This document shows, in pieces, positions 60,611-64,000 of a stretch of 64,000 bases of DNA. This DNA is from Felis catus (lineage: Eukaryota). The translations under genes were made by a program, and so were the position numbers. The notes beneath the pieces were generated by a model that saw only the letters and a list, made by a program, of their open reading frames with translations, ran no database searches and was not told the origin of the DNA. Where the stretch lies: assembly GCF_018350175.1 (NCBI RefSeq), contig NC_058369.1, forward strand, positions 20,896,001 to 20,960,000, given 5' to 3'. Numbering within the stretch: position 1 is the stretch's first letter; every line of letters begins with the position of its first letter.

Positions 60611-61384
60611 TTGGTCACATCCCCTTCACTCATCCGTTTGTTGCTCACTAGGTATCTCCTCTGTGCCAGCCAGCAGAGCCAGGGCTAGAGACACAAGGCT
60701 GGGTGGGCTAGATTGGACCCTGCCCCACGGCACCTTTGGTCTCTCTGAGGAGGCAGACATACTAATCGCCCTGGCCACATGGTTTTGTGACGGCTAGTGG
60801 AGCACAGGTGTGCTTACTCCCAACCCAGGAGGAAAGACGTCTGAGCTGCAATGAATATGATCCAGGAGAGGCGGGGGTCAGGTACCTGGGGTGTGCCGGA
60901 AGCTAAAAGGGCCTCCTTTTGGTGGGACGGAGTGTAGAGAGTGAGGGGCCAGATCTGGGGGGGCCATGGAAGGGTCTGAGCAGGGCTCCGGGGTAGGAAA
61001 GGAACTGGTAACTCTTAGCTGGTGGCTGGGAGGCCAGGGAGGAGTGGCTGGACTTGAGGGATGTTTGGGGATGAACAGGGTTGGTCGTGGTGCACTGGTT
61101 GGCTGTAGGGGTGGGGAGAGAAGAGCCTGGACCCCCTGAGGAGGGGCTTTGGGAGTGGGCTTGGGTTCTGAGACCCCATAGGGTTGGGACTAGGGTGAGG
61201 CAAGTGAAGTGCCTAGGATGCAAAATTGGGGGTATTCACTCCAGGCCTTGTGTCCCCATCTGTGCCCCGTCCCTCTGAAATTTCTCACTAAGAATGTGGA
61301 AGCCACCTCTAGGGAGGAGCAAGGAGGATAATTCTGGACAGGGTGTCTCCTTCTGTCCTTAATTACTTTTTTAAAGTATATAAA

Positions 61385-61569
61385 CATTTTTTTAAATGTT
61401 TATTTTTGAGAGGGGGAGAGGCAGAGAGAGAGAGGGACAGAAGATAAGAAGCAGGTCCTGTGCTGACAGCAGACAGCCTGATGCGGGGCTGGAAACCATG
61501 AACCGCAAGAGAGAGATCATGACTTGAGCCTAAGTCGAAGCTTAACCAACTGAGCCACCCAGGCGCCCC
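61385..61569 (-). mobile_element. Can-SINE
   Basis: T-rich tail, gagagag body, ctgagccacccaggcgcccc head. Confidence 0.88.
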
Positions 61570-63815
61570 TCCCCCCTTTAATCCCTACTTGGGAGATGCT
61601 GCCTTCTCTGCACCCTCCAGGGCTGGGGTGGGGCTGGGATTGACCCCTTAGGATATTATATCCTCTGGACAGCTACTCCATTTCCATTCTGATGCAGGAT
61701 GACAAGTGCCCCATCCGGCTTCTTCCTGCATGCCACTTATGACAGGGAGCTCCCTGCCACCTGGGCACCCAGTCCCCTGGCTCCAGCCATTATAAAAAAT
61801 GTTTCACCCTGAGCCCCCAAACCTGGAGATTTGCGGTGTCTTCTACCCAGTAGTGGCCTCAGCTTTGCCTCTGACTCTTTCCCACCCCTCTGGTGGGTCT
61901 GCTGATCCCCTTTCCCAAGACAGCTTAACATCTCTGAGCTTCAGTATCCCTGTAAAAGGGGAAACAATACTAGTCAGCACCTTCTAGGGCTGGTGTGAGG
62001 ATTCATGGCCTGATGTGCATAAACCTCACGACACACACCAATTCCTCAATAATGGGTCACTAACTGATAACAACCGTGAATAACTACATGGGTGGACACT
62101 GTCCTCCTCCTGGGTGGGCTGCCCAGTGATGTAGCCTCAGCCTAGGCCCCAGAACTCACCTGTTGGCCTCAGGTAGCAGGCTCTACTGTGTCCCTCTCAC
62201 ATCCAACACAGACACAGGGCTAATCCCAGAGGACGATGTTCATGGGGAAGAGGGAGTAACACTTTCACGAGATGACCAAGTGGTGCTAAGTTATGGGCCT
62301 GCCCTGCTGGTGTGAATTGGTTCTCCGCTCAGTGTTCACTCCAGCTGTAGGAGCAGCCTTGGTGCCTCCTCTCCTGCCCCCTTCTCCTCAAGTCTCTCAG
62401 GGGGACGGGTGGTGGCTGAGAAGGAGGGACGCAGACCTACCCTGTCTGCCAATAGGCATCTCTGGGGCACATCACTAGACCCTGTCGTGTCTTTGGGGCT
62501 GTCCTGGTGGAGGGGGTCTCTCCTCAGCCTGAGGCGCCTGCACAGCCCGGGGTCCCACAGAGGGGGCAGTCCCAGCAGAAGCTCATTCCTAATAGGCGCA
62601 GTTGTGTGGATCATCACCAGACTCCTGCCATGAGACTGCCGTGTGGGGAGCCTGGGGCAGGAATCCCTGACTCCCCTGAAGAATCAGAAAAGCCAGCCCG
62701 GGACAGAAGGACAAGTGGTGCTGTAGCCTAGTCCCTAAAGCCATCCTGTGACCCTCCTTCTGTGCTGTCTCATTCCAGGAGCTGTGTCCACAGCCGGCTC
62801 CTGCCCCCAGGCTCTCTGCTTCTGCTCCAGGGTTGGTTCCCGGTTGAAAGTCAGAGCTTGTCAGACCGCAGTGATCGTGCTCACCAGCTCTTGGTGACCC
62901 AGGAGCTCTGGATTCCTGTCTGAGGGGCAAGAGCACCACTGAGGAGGAACTAAGGGTGCAAAGGTCCAGAGCAGCGAGGGTGGATGAAGGGATGCCAAGT
63001 CCTGGGTAGGCCGGGGGTGATTCTGGGGGAGCAGGGGATGTGGGGTGTGTGTGGGGCTGGCGAGGAGCCGGCTTTGTGCTGAGGGGGCCTTGTTCATTTT
63101 CACCCTGGCTTCAGGAGGGAGGGTTTGCTGAAGGTTCGTAGACCTCGCTTGTTTTTACAGACTGGGGGCTCAAAGAAAAGAAGGGATGTGCCCAAAGTCA
63201 CATAGCAGGTGGGACCTGGGCCACCAGAGCCTGCTCCCACCCCTGCTAAATCCTGGTGACTAGGTTCCTCTCTATGGGGTATGTCAGAGGAGGGACTACC
63301 TAACCTCTGGGGTTCAATTTTATTTGGTTTAGGGGCCTGCCTTGGGGGTCCTGCATCCCCAGGAGGTCTTGCTTATTGTGGCCTGATCTAGGCCAAGGCC
63401 CAGGTTTGCTCTGTGCCTTAGTTTCCCAAGTCATACAGGGGAGTTCACAAAGTGAGATTTGGCCTGTACTCTTTGCCTCTTCTCACAGTGCACAGCGGAG
63501 ACGGGTGGTCCACAGCTCCGGGCAGAGAGGGGACAGGAGTGCCTGGGGCCCAGGGCACCTCCAGGCCTGTAGATCCAGCTCTGAGGGTGTGGTCAGCAGC
63601 CAGGAGAGGAGGCTGCAGGGGCTGGTGGCCAGAAAAGCCCAGGGTTTCTGGTATCTGGTGTTCTTTAACCTGCCCTCCAGCCCCCTCTGCCTTGGGTTCA
63701 CGGCTTCACCCCAGCTGAGTGCATCCTGAGGCAAGGCTCTCCCCACCCCTGCTAATTATGGCTGGTCACAAAAGCTGGACCGTGACCAGACAAAGGGATA
63801 GGGATGAAAGTGCTG

Positions 63816-63829
63816 GTTGTCATGGCAAC
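63816..63829. promoter_or_regulatory. RFX X-box motif
   Basis: GTTGTCATGGCAAC, 13/14 match to palindromic GTTGCCATGGCAAC. Confidence 0.55.
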
Positions 63830-64000
63830 CTGGAGGGTTGCTGAGACCCAGGGGAGGGGCTTGGCTGTGTGCCTGAGCCCAGGCATCTGGATGACCTCTG
63901 AGCATAAGCCAGGGTGGCCCAGGGGCTCATAGGGATTCCCCCTCCTGTTCTGGGCCTACCAGAACTGGACGTACAATGGCAACTTCACCCCCTCCATGGC

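Overview
This is mammalian genomic DNA from a carnivore, most likely a felid, judging by the dense tRNA-derived Can-SINE/SINEC_Fc-type repeats. It covers the conserved PPM1M-WDR82-GLYCTK block. Genes found: the last coding exon of PPM1M (+); the complete 9-exon WDR82 CDS (-, 313 aa) with the let-7g hairpin in intron 2; the complete GLYCTK CDS (+, 4 coding exons, 523 aa); and the miR-135a-1 hairpin (-) with a probable host-transcript CpG promoter and first exon near 52 kb. All exon boundaries were read by hand (GT-AG, phases consistent). The ORF track misses several things: a decayed DUT (dUTPase) retrocopy in WDR82 intron 3, an ERV1-like remnant with a tRNA-Ser primer-binding site, deeply nested transposons, candidate uORFs in both WDR82 and GLYCTK, an ~84-nt hairpin in WDR82 intron 1, homeodomain-site clusters and RFX X-boxes. 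I see no convincing new protein-coding system; the best leads are regulatory hypotheses. Repeat subfamily names and orthologue comparisons come from recognition, not database searches, and repeat boundaries are approximate.
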